A DNA stretch of 64,000 bases, from assembly GCA_963699155.1 (NCBI GenBank), contig OY969414.1:939757-1003756 (forward strand). Reading direction: 5' to 3'. A program made the translations under genes and the position numbers. Below, in pieces: positions 40,783 through 50,326 of the stretch (within the stretch, counting starts at the first letter, position 1; every line of letters begins with the position of its first letter). The DNA is from an uncultured Chlamydiales bacterium (GTDB taxonomy: Bacteria > Chlamydiota > Chlamydiia > Chlamydiales > JAAKFR01). Under the pieces are notes generated by a model. The model had not been told where the DNA came from, searched no databases, and saw nothing but the letters and a program-made list of their open reading frames with translations.

Positions 40783-41625
40783 TTGAAACGGGTTTTCCTC
40801 ATCCCTAACGCGATCACTGCCTTTGGCTTAGCCTGTGGTCTTTTTGTCATTTTTAAAATTAGTCTAGCGGACCCGAGCCGCGACCTCTTTTCTCTGATAC
40901 AGGCCTCAGCGATTCTTCTCTTAATTGCAGGTGTTGCTGATCTCGCCGATGGAGCGATCGCGCGGCTGATTAAGGCTGAGAGTGACTTTGGAGGGCAGTT
41001 TGATTCATTGAGCGACTCGGTCACCTTTGGCGTGGCTCCCCCTCTTTTAATCCTGAAAAGCCTCGGAGGGGAGGACTTGGGCCGTCTTTTGACCTTCTTC
41101 GTCATCATCGCTGCGATGATCTATACCCTCTGTGGGGTTCTCCGTCTCGTCCGGTACAACCTACGCAGCAAAGCGGTGAAGGAGAGTGGTGATGAGGAGG
41201 CCAAGCTCAAAGAGAAGAAACATTTTACAGGGCTACCCATTCCCGCCGCCGCCGCCGCCTCGGTCTCGGCCGCTCTGATCCTCATCTCTCCCGAGGCAAT
41301 CCAATGGCTCGCCCTCACCGCACACGCCCGCGCCTGGATCCTAATAGGTGTCCTTCTCGTCCTCGGCTACTTTATGGTCAGTAGATGGAAGTTCCCCAGC
41401 GCCCACGCCCTCCATTTCCGCATCCCCACCTTCTACCTCATGTTCTTCACCGGAGTCATCGCCGTCCTCTTCCTCTATGGCATCCTCGACTACTTTGCCG
41501 AAGCCTTCTTCATCGGCACCTGGCTCTACCTCCTCGTCGGCTGGACGCTCTCCATCATCCGCCTCATCGCCGGCAAGCGCTCCAAAGCCCTCGAAGACTT
41601 CGAGCCCGACGATCAGGAAGATTGA
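40783..41625 (+). CDS. pssA: CDP-diacylglycerol--serine O-phosphatidyltransferase
   Basis: IPNAIT, DLADGAIAR...GGQFDSLSDSVTFGVAP, LRLVRYN, FTGLPIP. Confidence 0.92.
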   Translation: MKRVFLIPNAITAFGLACGLFVIFKISLADPSRDLFSLIQASAILLLIAGVADLADGAIARLIKAESDFGGQFDSLSDSVTFGVAPPLLILKSLGGEDLGRLLTFFVIIAAMIYTLCGVLRLVRYNLRSKAVKESGDEEAKLKEKKHFTGLPIPAAAAASVSAALILISPEAIQWLALTAHARAWILIGVLLVLGYFMVSRWKFPSAHALHFRIPTFYLMFFTGVIAVLFLYGILDYFAEAFFIGTWLYLLVGWTLSIIRLIAGKRSKALEDFEPDDQED

Positions 41626-41639
41626 GGTTCGTCAAATTG

Positions 41640-41688
41640 AATGTAATAGCGGCACTCAGTTGTCATTATTGAGTGCTTATGTTACATT
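41640..41688. promoter_or_regulatory. Inverted repeat, probable AbiEi autoregulatory operator
   Basis: AATGTAA-N5-GCACTCA ... TGAGTGC-N5-TTACATT immediately before the antitoxin ATG. Confidence 0.6.
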
Positions 41689-41694
41689 TTCTCT

Positions 41695-42291
41695 ATGGGA
41701 CGATCGAAATATCAAGCGGCTCTAACGGTTCTTTCCAAGAAACCCTATTTCAAGACAAGTGAAGCTCGTACGATGGGTATACCTGCCCGTATGCTTGTTT
41801 ATTTTTGTGACCAAGGAATCTTGGAAAGAATGGGGAGAGGAATTTATAGAATCGTTAATGAAGAGACAGGTTTAGCTTTGGATTTAGAGGGCTTAGTGCT
41901 GACTACGATGAGCATTCCAAATGGAGTCGTTTGTTTGATCTCGGCTTTACACTTTTATGAATTGACTGATCAGATCATGAGGGAATACTGGATCGCCATT
42001 CCAAATGTAGACAAAAGTCCTAAGAGACCACACACACGAATTATTCGCATGCGTAATATAACACTGGGTCAAACTCAAATTAAAATCGGTAAATACGAGT
42101 TACGAATTTTTGATCGAGAAAGAACCGTGGTGGATTCTTTTCGCTATCTTGATTACGAAATTGGAATTAAAGCACTTCAGGAATACTTGAAATCAGGCAA
42201 GAATAACAAACCCGATTTGGATAAATTAGTGAAGTACGCCAAGCTCTTAAGAGTGAAAATAACTCCTTACATTTTAGCATTAACGACATGA
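41695..42291 (+). CDS. abiEi: Type IV TA antitoxin, AbiEi family
   Basis: wHTH with LERMGRGIY, GVVCLISALHFYELTDQ, FDRERTVVDSFR. Confidence 0.88.
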   Translation: MGRSKYQAALTVLSKKPYFKTSEARTMGIPARMLVYFCDQGILERMGRGIYRIVNEETGLALDLEGLVLTTMSIPNGVVCLISALHFYELTDQIMREYWIAIPNVDKSPKRPHTRIIRMRNITLGQTQIKIGKYELRIFDRERTVVDSFRYLDYEIGIKALQEYLKSGKNNKPDLDKLVKYAKLLRVKITPYILALTT

Positions 42292-43082
42292 TTTCTTCTT
42301 TTGAACAATCTTTTAAAAAAAGGCTCCAAGCAATTGCAAAAGGGCGTAATATGACTCCCTCTGAGGTTTGGCAAAATGTAGTCCACGAGTGCTTTCTTAT
42401 TCGGCTTTGTCGTTCTCCTTACCGTGATAATTTTATTCTTAAAGGAGGGGTACTCTTAGCTAAACATATCAATATTGGAAGGGAAACGAAAGATTTAGAC
42501 TTTTCAGTGAGACAGATTCAATCGGATATCAAGCGCATCAGCGAAGTCATGCATGAAATTGTCTCTATCGACCCGCACGATGGGTTTACTTTTCATGATA
42601 TCAAAATAGAAGAGCTCGATCATTTTCACATGGAATATGTTGGCGCTCGGGTTAAAATGGTTGCCTGTTTAGGAAAAGCTCGCTTGCCTCTCTTTATCGA
42701 TCTCGGATTTGGCGACTTTGTTCAGGAAAAGGAAGAAAAAATTTCTCTACTTATGAGTGGAAACGAGGCTCCTTTTACTGAAAACTTGAACCTTCATTGC
42801 TATCCGGTAGAGTTCGTTTTTGCTGAGAAGTTAGAGACGATTGTATTTCGTGGTGGTCAAAATAGCCGCATGAAAGATTATCATGATCTCTATTCCATGA
42901 CATATACCGATAATATTCTTGATAAGGAACTTGCTAATTTAGCAGTTAGATCTGTATTCACTCATCGTAATACCGCTCTTCGAATACCACTACGCTTTGA
43001 GATAGCTGCTTTGGAAAACTTACAAAATTTTTGGGTTAAGTATCGAAAAAACACTTCAGTCCAAAAAAACCTTCCCTCTTAA
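42288..43082 (+). CDS. abiEii: Type IV TA toxin, AbiEii nucleotidyltransferase (possibly truncated at the C-terminus)
   Basis: FILKGG, RETKDLDF, AEKLET, NSRMKDYHD; ATGA overlap with the antitoxin. Confidence 0.88.
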   Translation: MISSFEQSFKKRLQAIAKGRNMTPSEVWQNVVHECFLIRLCRSPYRDNFILKGGVLLAKHINIGRETKDLDFSVRQIQSDIKRISEVMHEIVSIDPHDGFTFHDIKIEELDHFHMEYVGARVKMVACLGKARLPLFIDLGFGDFVQEKEEKISLLMSGNEAPFTENLNLHCYPVEFVFAEKLETIVFRGGQNSRMKDYHDLYSMTYTDNILDKELANLAVRSVFTHRNTALRIPLRFEIAALENLQNFWVKYRKNTSVQKNLPS

Positions 43083-43128
43083 ATTCAAGAAGTGATTCAG
43101 CAGATTAATTTCTGGTGGGAAAATTAAT

Positions 43129-43572
43129 TTAGTGAGGGAGCTCTTGCAATTCAGTAGGATGTGTCCAGAGAAGTTCGTTCCAGCTACGAAGGCGTTCTAA
43201 AAGGCGACCCGCCTCTTGCTCATTCAGCTGCTTGTTCAAATGGCGGTGAAGCAAGCGAGTAGAGATTCCAAAACCTGCGCCACCGAGCACAACCACTCCT
43301 CCAGTAATCCCCACAACGGTCTTGATTAGGAAAAGGTTGTCTCTAAAACCGGTGGTTAATGCGAGAAAAATCACTGCACTCGCTACGGTTATGATGGGTC
43401 CAATACCAGAAATTATTTGAATCGATTCTAACGGTCCCTCAAAGCCTCTTTCCCGAACGTAAGTAACGATTGTGCCATTGATTTCTCCTTTAGATTTCTC
43501 AAGTAGTTCTTGGCGAGAGATGGTTTCTCGTCCATCCATGTAAGATGCCGCTGATGTTTTAGATAATGACAT
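43129..43572 (-). CDS. Hypothetical Inc-like membrane protein
   Basis: Bilobed hydrophobic region plus a short coiled coil; GAGG SD and AT-rich upstream region. Confidence 0.55.
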   Translation of the reverse strand: MSLSKTSAASYMDGRETISRQELLEKSKGEINGTIVTYVRERGFEGPLESIQIISGIGPIITVASAVIFLALTTGFRDNLFLIKTVVGITGGVVVLGGAGFGISTRLLHRHLNKQLNEQEAGRLLERLRSWNELLWTHPTELQELPH

Positions 43573-43626
43573 AAATTAACCTCAGTAAATAGGAATTAAT
43601 TATAAATAAAAAATATTAAGTAGATA

Positions 43627-44229
43627 TTAAGAGAGATAATTTCTGATCAATGTGTGGATGAGGCCGAGGATTTCGACATTTTCGGAGCGGAGGAGGAGGG
43701 GCTGGAGGTGGGGGCTGTTGGAGAGGAAGCGGATGTAGGGGGGATCGCGGTAGGCCTTTTTGACAAGGGTGGTTTGGGCGACTTGGGCGAGGACGAGATC
43801 GCCATCGGTGAAGTGGGGGGTGGAGCGGATGAGAAGGAGATCGCCCTCCTGGATGTACTCCTCTTGGAGCTCTTTGCCGATCACTTTGAGGAGGTAGGAG
43901 GAGGGGGGAACCATCTTTTCGGGGAGAATGAAGGTGGCGATTTGGGGATAGGTGACGATGGGGAGGCCCGCTTTTAAGGTTCCCATGAGGGGAACTTCGA
44001 TGCCGCCTTCGTGCTGTTTGGGGAGGAGGGTGAGAGAGCGGCTGCGCTCTGTTTCTTGGGGAATGAGCCCTTTCTTTTTGAGCGACTGGATGTGGTTGTA
44101 GACGGAGCCGAGGGAGCTAAAGCTGAAGTGCTGTTGAATGTCGCGATAGCTAGGACTATGTTTCTTTTCGGCGATATAGCCTTCGATAAAATCGATAATT
44201 TCTCGTTGCCTTTTCGTGAGCCCTTCCAT
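43627..44229 (-). CDS. lexA: LexA repressor (atypical catalytic site)
   Basis: LTKRQREIIDFI...SPSYRDI...HIQSLKKKG HTH; AG cleavage site in KAGLP; S24 domain. Confidence 0.85.
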   Translation of the reverse strand: MEGLTKRQREIIDFIEGYIAEKKHSPSYRDIQQHFSFSSLGSVYNHIQSLKKKGLIPQETERSRSLTLLPKQHEGGIEVPLMGTLKAGLPIVTYPQIATFILPEKMVPPSSYLLKVIGKELQEEYIQEGDLLLIRSTPHFTDGDLVLAQVAQTTLVKKAYRDPPYIRFLSNSPHLQPLLLRSENVEILGLIHTLIRNYLS

Positions 44230-44244
44230 ATCGTGACAATTTAT

Positions 44245-44595
44245 ATGCGCAATAAGATTTTAGTGGTAGAGAGTGATGCCGAAGCGCGTGAGCAGTTGGA
44301 GCAGATGCTTCAAGAGGTGCTGGAAGCAGGTGGCGAGCTCTTCTTTACTCAGAATCGTGAAGATGCCTTAGCAATCATCGCGAAGGAGCAACCGGCGATC
44401 GTCTTCCTCGATCCGCGACTAGTTGGTGGTGATCTGGCTGTATGGAAGCGCGAAGGGGTTCACCTCGTTGTGACGGGCGAGGCGAAGAGAGACGGTGCCG
44501 ATTTTCTCGCTAGGCCTTTCGAGGTGGAACAGGTGGTTGAGAAGTGTCATCTCTATTTAAGCGCAGAACCTGTGCCCCCCATCCTACCGATGTAA
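44245..44595 (+). CDS. Single-domain response regulator receiver (divergent)
   Basis: KILVVESD, PAIVFLD, VVTG, FLARPF (Arg in place of the conserved Lys). Confidence 0.65.
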   Translation: MRNKILVVESDAEAREQLEQMLQEVLEAGGELFFTQNREDALAIIAKEQPAIVFLDPRLVGGDLAVWKREGVHLVVTGEAKRDGADFLARPFEVEQVVEKCHLYLSAEPVPPILPM

Positions 44596-45247
44596 AGCGA
44601 TCGGCCCACTTGGCGACATACCACATCAAGAGTGGGGAGACGATCACATCGGAGAAAAAGTGGCCTCCTTGAGCCACTCGAGCGACCATCAAACCTCCTC
44701 CCAGAAAAATCACTAAGAAGAGTCCGCTATAGGTGAGCAGCTTGTTATTGTACCGTTTGCCCATCAGCCAGAGCGAAAGGAAGTAGAAACCCATCGCCAC
44801 ATGGCCACTAGGAAAGGAGCGCTGATGATCCTTGCCCGTATGAAAATCGGGTTTCCAGAAGGGGCGATATTCATGGGTTCCTCCAAACTCGATGAGCTGC
44901 TTAGGGCGAGGTCTTCCCCAATATTCTTTTAGACCTAGGTTTGTCAAAATTCCCGCTCCAAGAACAATGGTGAGAATCATGGCAGCTGTACCCTGGCGCC
45001 ATTTCCTCCATCTGGGGCGGAAGCAAGAGAGGAGAAAAATGGCCGAGGCGAGCTCCCCCGAAGCCAAGCCAAAGAGTTCTCCATATTTGAAGAGAATCTC
45101 AAAAAATAGGTTGTTGTAGAAGCCACTTTCAGGGGAGTAGAAGTAGTGAGCGCAAGTGAGATCAATCGCCGGTGTGAATGGGGCAATGACGAGAAGCAAT
45201 AAAATCCACATCCCATTATGATACCGTTTCAGAAAGATTCCAGGCAA
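44510..45247 (-). CDS. PAP2 family membrane phosphatase
   Basis: KEYWGRPRP, SFPSGH, ARVAQGGHFFSDV. Confidence 0.88.
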   Translation of the reverse strand: MPGIFLKRYHNGMWILLLLVIAPFTPAIDLTCAHYFYSPESGFYNNLFFEILFKYGELFGLASGELASAIFLLSCFRPRWRKWRQGTAAMILTIVLGAGILTNLGLKEYWGRPRPKQLIEFGGTHEYRPFWKPDFHTGKDHQRSFPSGHVAMGFYFLSLWLMGKRYNNKLLTYSGLFLVIFLGGGLMVARVAQGGHFFSDVIVSPLLMWYVAKWADRFTSVGWGAQVLRLNRDDTSQPPVPPRKA

Positions 45248-45291
45248 AAGGGAATAGGATACCGCCTCAAAAAGATACCAGGCAGAAAAAA

Positions 45292-46560
45292 ATGAGTGAG
45301 ATTCTAGTTTTAGCAGCTCTCCTAGTGGGTGGCATGATAGGCTGGCTGGCAGCCCGCTATCAGGCAGAGGTGCGAGTTAAAGAGGCAGGGCTGGAAAAGA
45401 GGGCGGCTGTCGAAAAACTGGCTCTCGTCGAAACGCTCCAAAAATCCTTTGTCGAACAGTTCCAAGGGGCTTCGGCCTCGGCGTTAAAAAACAATAATGA
45501 AGCCTTCCTGCAGCTGGCCGAGCAGGCTTTCGATAAAAGGTCGCAGGCGATTGGAGAGATGGTCAAACCTGTCAAAGAATCTCTGGAAAAGTTTGATGGG
45601 AAGATCCGCGACATCGAGCAGGCGCGGACTGGTGCCTATGCGATGCTGAAGGAGCAGGTGGGGTCGCTTATCGAAACGCAGAAAGAGTTGCGCCGGGAAA
45701 CTTCCAATTTATCAAAAGCGCTGCGGGCTCCGACCGTGAGAGGTCGCTGGGGGGAGATGCAGCTGAAGCGGGTGGTCGAAATGGCCGGAATGGTCGACCA
45801 TTGTGATTTCTATGAGCAGACCACTGTATCAACGGAAGAGCGCCGTTATCGACCCGACCTTCTTGTTAAATTACCCGGGGATAAAAATCTGGTCGTCGAT
45901 GCCAAAGCGCCCCTCGAAGCCTACCTGCAGGCGATCGAAACTAGTGATGAGAGGGTCCGTCAAGAAAAACTGCGAGAGCATGCACAATCGATCCGAAACC
46001 ATATGACCCTGCTTAGTCGCAAATCCTATTGGGAGCAATTTCAGCCGACTCCCGAGTTTGTCGTCCTCTTCTTGCCGGGCGAAACCTTTTTTAGCGCCGC
46101 TTTGGAATATGATCCCGCTTTGATCGAAGTGGGTGTCGATCAGAAGGTCATCCTAGCCACGCCGACAACCCTGATTGCCCTTTTGCGCGCCGTCGCTTAT
46201 GGCTGGCGTCAAGAGAGCCTTTCTAAAAATGCTGAGCAGATCAGTGCCCTGGGAAAAGAGCTCTATAAGCGGATTGCCGATCTAGGTAGCCACTGGGAAA
46301 AAGTGGGCAAAGGGCTCTCCCATGCTGTTCAGGCCTATAACAAAGCTGTGGGCTCTCTCGAATCGAGAGTCCTTGTTTCGGCCCGTCGTTTTGCTGAATT
46401 AGGGGGAGAGAAGGAGATGGACTTATTGAGTCCGATCGATGAAATGCCACGCTCGCTTCAAGCGCCTGAGGTGGTGGTTTCGGAGAGTGCACTTCAAGCG
46501 CCTGAGGTGACAGCCACTGAGGGCGACACTTCCACAAATTTGCCAAAGAGCGCTTCGTAG
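45292..46560 (+). CDS. rmuC: DNA recombination protein RmuC
   Basis: RGRWGEMQL, RPDLLVKLPG, VDAKAPL, FVVLFLPGE, LATPTTLIALL. Confidence 0.93.
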   Translation: MSEILVLAALLVGGMIGWLAARYQAEVRVKEAGLEKRAAVEKLALVETLQKSFVEQFQGASASALKNNNEAFLQLAEQAFDKRSQAIGEMVKPVKESLEKFDGKIRDIEQARTGAYAMLKEQVGSLIETQKELRRETSNLSKALRAPTVRGRWGEMQLKRVVEMAGMVDHCDFYEQTTVSTEERRYRPDLLVKLPGDKNLVVDAKAPLEAYLQAIETSDERVRQEKLREHAQSIRNHMTLLSRKSYWEQFQPTPEFVVLFLPGETFFSAALEYDPALIEVGVDQKVILATPTTLIALLRAVAYGWRQESLSKNAEQISALGKELYKRIADLGSHWEKVGKGLSHAVQAYNKAVGSLESRVLVSARRFAELGGEKEMDLLSPIDEMPRSLQAPEVVVSESALQAPEVTATEGDTSTNLPKSAS

Positions 46561-47105
46561 CAGGCCATGAGATGTTTGACTCCATTCATGGCGCGGTGAG
46601 GCTGCACTTCAGCAGGGATTCCGAAATGGGCGGCGATCGCATCTTTTGAGAGATCTTTTTCTTTGACAATCGAGGTGACTCCCTCTTTATGGCAGAGCGC
46701 CCAATACATGGAGGCCAGGTCGAGCCAGTGGTAGGGCCATCCATAACTCTCTTGCATATCTGGGTTGATGATCTGGAGAAAAAAGGCTCTGTCGAAAGAG
46801 GGATTTTGACAGATAAAGACCCCCTCGCTAGTGCCAAGGCCCAGATGGTTGAGATCGAGGGCGATTTCATCGGCAACTACCTTTTCTATCTTCCCATGCA
46901 GCAGATCTTCCCAGATAAATCCACTAATTTTGAGACTGTCAGGATCTGCAGCGGCCCAAACCTCTAACGGCTGTGAAATGATTGTTTCATAACTAAAAAC
47001 AACCCGCTTTGCCTTTGAATCGACGACTTTGTAGGCAATTTCGATGATCCGATGGTTCTCAGGATTCAACCCTGTCGTCTCGGTATCCAGGAAGACTAAA
47101 TACAT
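46494..47105 (-). CDS. DEDDh 3'-5' exonuclease
   Basis: FLDTETTGL, QNPSFDRAF, WLDL, HRAMN. Confidence 0.85.
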   Translation of the reverse strand: MYLVFLDTETTGLNPENHRIIEIAYKVVDSKAKRVVFSYETIISQPLEVWAAADPDSLKISGFIWEDLLHGKIEKVVADEIALDLNHLGLGTSEGVFICQNPSFDRAFFLQIINPDMQESYGWPYHWLDLASMYWALCHKEGVTSIVKEKDLSKDAIAAHFGIPAEVQPHRAMNGVKHLMACYEALFGKFVEVSPSVAVTSGA

Positions 47106-47260
47106 AGAGTCAAATTATAACAGCAGCCACAAAAAATCAAAGCCTTCGTGAACGTAAACTCTCTTATTAAGAAATTTTTAAGTACTAGAAAATGGCTGGA
47201 CTAAATTATACTTGCTTGCTATCCGTGGAAATTGAGAACGGAATATTAAAGTGAACGAGG

Positions 47261-47674
47261 TTGATGATGCTGTTGATAGAGAGTCTCAATCGGTTGATTA
47301 GTCGCTTTCGCTACCCAGTCTCTTTGCCTGAAGATGTTGCCCATGATCTCGGACTCTATCTCCCCAACACACTCAATTTTCAAGAATTTCTCCACACGCT
47401 CTCTTCACCCCACCAGCGGCCTGCAAAACTGCGCAAATTCATGTCGCGCACACTGGCAGAGGCTACCTTTGAGTCAGCCCTAAAAAAGGAGAGCTTCCGC
47501 TCCTGTTCGCTCTTTTCCTACTACTTTAATAAAGGGTGGCTGGTCTTCGCCCTCTACTTCGACGAAGAGGCGCGCCTGCGCCGCATCTACCTACAATGTC
47601 CCTCTTGCGAATCGCTCGATGGCTTCGATCTCCCTCTCGAAGAAGAGATCTTAGCAGAAGCCTCCTCCCATTAA
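47261..47674 (+). CDS. Hypothetical protein
   Basis: 137-aa ORF with an SD-like upstream sequence; coding-like composition. Confidence 0.6.
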   Translation: MMMLLIESLNRLISRFRYPVSLPEDVAHDLGLYLPNTLNFQEFLHTLSSPHQRPAKLRKFMSRTLAEATFESALKKESFRSCSLFSYYFNKGWLVFALYFDEEARLRRIYLQCPSCESLDGFDLPLEEEILAEASSH

Positions 47675-48549
47675 GAAGAAAGCCACCCCCACTCAGTGAG
47701 TTGCTGCAAGACGGTTTTTGCTGCAGGAGAAGAGGAGTCCTCTTTCAATCGAGGAATCATACTTCGCAATTGCTTCTCAGCTTCTTCATCGAAGAGCTTT
47801 CTAAATCCTAACTGTTCTTTCACGAGGTGGTTATACCATTTTTGATAGCGACAAAAAGCTAAACAGAGCTCTTTGGGATGATCAAGTGAGTGGCGCAAAC
47901 CTGTAATATTCTTTGCAAACTCCTCGTGAGTAAGTGAGGAAGGTGTCTCTGGATGATATTTTTTTTCTAAATCTAAGTAGGTAACAAGGTTGGTGAAATA
48001 CCTTTCATCAGCGACAGACCAGAAGAGAAGATGGTGAGAGAGTAGCTGATAGTCGGCTGTTTTTAAAATCGCGAATGATGTTCCGATGCTAATCCCTTTG
48101 GAGAGCAATAGCTCTATGACATCCGCTTGGAGTTGTTGGTTTTTTTTTAACATATGAAGAAGGGCATGTTCTAATACCGTATGATTGGAACCATTGACAC
48201 TATCGATCACTGGATCTTTGAGGAGGAGTTCTAGCCTAGAGCTAGAAATTAAATTATCGCAGCAATCGATATAAAAATGGGCAATGGATCCCTTTGCCAG
48301 AGGAGATTTGGGTTCTGCTCCTTTTGCAAAAGCTTCTCTTACCAGCAGAGGGTCACCCAATCTCACAGCATATTCTAGAAGTGTATAAACCTTGCCATCT
48401 TCTCGATCATAAAACTTCGTTCTAAGGCATTGGGGATTTTTTTGAAGTTCCTGTTCCAGCCTTTCCAGTGAAGCGGGAAGAGACCAAGTTGTATAGAGCG
48501 TAAAGGTATCTGAGGCCCATTGAGCAGCCCCCTGTACGAATGATGCCAT
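47671..48549 (-). CDS. Ankyrin-like repeat protein (one module)
   Basis: TLLEYAVRLGD, HTVLEHALLH...IELLLSKG; paralog of the upstream gene. Confidence 0.7.
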   Translation of the reverse strand: MASFVQGAAQWASDTFTLYTTWSLPASLERLEQELQKNPQCLRTKFYDREDGKVYTLLEYAVRLGDPLLVREAFAKGAEPKSPLAKGSIAHFYIDCCDNLISSSRLELLLKDPVIDSVNGSNHTVLEHALLHMLKKNQQLQADVIELLLSKGISIGTSFAILKTADYQLLSHHLLFWSVADERYFTNLVTYLDLEKKYHPETPSSLTHEEFAKNITGLRHSLDHPKELCLAFCRYQKWYNHLVKEQLGFRKLFDEEAEKQLRSMIPRLKEDSSSPAAKTVLQQLTEWGWLSS

Positions 48550-48567
48550 ATTTTCTCCAAATTTCTT

Positions 48568-50247
48568 TTAGGTTCCGAGACCCCAATCGATAAGCTGCTG
48601 CAACATCGTTCGTGCTGCAGTGCTGGTACTCATTTTCTTTAATCCTGGGATCATCCCTTGTAATTCTTGCGTGTTGAAAAATTTTTTAAAGCCTTCGGTG
48701 GACTTGACAAGGGCATTGTACCACTCGATGTAGTGACAGAAAAGGGCGCAGTGCTGCACTGAGAAGCTCCCTTGCTGTAAAGGAAATCGGGATCTCAGAT
48801 GGTGAGCCTTGGCCGCAAACTCTTCATGAGTGAGGGCTGAGCTGCTTTGAGGATCATGTTTTTTTTCTATAGCTAGATAGGCAGTCAGATCTTGGAAATA
48901 GAATTTTTCTGCTTGAACAGGAGAGACGGTTTGCCCATACAACTTTCGCTGAGAGAAGACCGCTTGGTAGTCACAATTTTTAAGGAGTGTGAAGCCATTC
49001 GTGAAAGGAACCCCTTTTGCGAGCAAGAGTTTTACAATGGAGGGATTGAACCGACTTTTTTGCACCATATGGAGAAGCGCATGTTCTAATACGGTATGTT
49101 GGGAACTATTGACACTATCGATGCCATGCTCCACCTTGACGAGGGCCTCAAGAAGAGATTCTAACATCTGAGAACCAATGGAACTGTCACAGCAATCGAT
49201 ATAAAAATGGACCACTGACCCTTGAGGTGTGGTGACTGCTGCTCCTGCGGCAAGAGCTTGTTGCGCCGCCCCGAGGTTATCCGACTTGATAGCGCTCTCC
49301 AAAGAAATGGGAGTCGGGTCTGCCCTTTCTACGCATCCCCACGCTTGTAGCTGGGTACGCATGGTGACGGCATCCGGAAAATCTAATCTCTCTAGTTGAG
49401 AGACGAAATTGCCCAACCTCGCTTCATCGAACCCATTTTTGTAATCATCCTTTGTAGGTACGAGGCTATCGAACCACTTTTGATATTTCAAAAAGAGCGC
49501 GGCGAAGCCATTTACTAAAATGGCTTCTCTAAAAGAGCTCTTTAAATAGGTGGCGCGGGAAAAAAACTCCTGCCATGTCAGGGCAGAAGTGGTCTTAGGG
49601 TGATATTTTCTTTCCAAAGCGAGATAAGCAATGAGATGGGTAAAGTAGATCTCATCCTCTTTTTCGAGTGTAGAGTTGGGGGGATTGGCATCCTTTAAGA
49701 TAGTGAAGGGAGAGGTGCCATAAAAATTATGGATCCGGCTACCTTTTGAGAGCAACACTTCGATGAGTGGCCCATCGAGTCGTCCTTGTTGGGTCATATG
49801 GGCAAGGGTATGCTCCAGAAGAGTATGCGAAGTACGGCCACTGATTTCATTAATCCCTACATCTTCGCCCTCTTGGCCTTTTCCTTTACTGTTCAGGGTT
49901 TCCAAGAGAACGAGTAGAAGACTCACCGCCGCCATCTCACAGTTTGCCCTCGTGCAATCGATAAAAAAATGGGCAATAGAGGCTTGACTTATGGGAGAAA
50001 AGGGCTCCACTCGGTAGGTCCCTAAGGCCTCTTTAACAGCATAAGTATCCCCTACGAGCACAGCATATTCTAAAAATGTATAGATTTGATGGTTCTGGTC
50101 TTCAAATTTTAGCTGGAAAAATTGGGGATTATTCTCGAGCTCATTCCTCAGCCGCTCCGGACTTGCAGGGACTGTTTGGGTGGTTTGACCACGGGCCCAG
50201 AGGTAATAGCTGTAAGCCGTGCTTGCAATGGAATAAAGAAAAGTCAT
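48568..50247 (-). CDS. Ankyrin-like repeat protein (two tandem modules)
   Basis: Two copies of HF(F/Y)IDC...HT(L/V)LEH...YLA(L/I)E(R/K)K...SALT...W(F/Y)(D/N)xLV...WG. Confidence 0.7.
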   Translation of the reverse strand: MTFLYSIASTAYSYYLWARGQTTQTVPASPERLRNELENNPQFFQLKFEDQNHQIYTFLEYAVLVGDTYAVKEALGTYRVEPFSPISQASIAHFFIDCTRANCEMAAVSLLLVLLETLNSKGKGQEGEDVGINEISGRTSHTLLEHTLAHMTQQGRLDGPLIEVLLSKGSRIHNFYGTSPFTILKDANPPNSTLEKEDEIYFTHLIAYLALERKYHPKTTSALTWQEFFSRATYLKSSFREAILVNGFAALFLKYQKWFDSLVPTKDDYKNGFDEARLGNFVSQLERLDFPDAVTMRTQLQAWGCVERADPTPISLESAIKSDNLGAAQQALAAGAAVTTPQGSVVHFYIDCCDSSIGSQMLESLLEALVKVEHGIDSVNSSQHTVLEHALLHMVQKSRFNPSIVKLLLAKGVPFTNGFTLLKNCDYQAVFSQRKLYGQTVSPVQAEKFYFQDLTAYLAIEKKHDPQSSSALTHEEFAAKAHHLRSRFPLQQGSFSVQHCALFCHYIEWYNALVKSTEGFKKFFNTQELQGMIPGLKKMSTSTAARTMLQQLIDWGLGT

Positions 50248-50326
50248 AGTCTCTCCAAATAATCTTTATGAGGCTAACTTTTTTCCAATTTGTTTTCAAC
50301 TAATCGATTCTTTATAATTTACAATT

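Noticed and set aside
43654..44244. Gly/Glu-rich ORFs antisense to lexA, and similar shadows at 7408-8137, 24919-25377, 41348-41725 and 60895-61431
   Set aside because: By-products of the C-rich codon bias that removes stops in other frames
46456..46509. 18-bp duplication (LQAPEV twice) at the rmuC 3' end
   Set aside because: Real but lies in a variable tail; no sign of function
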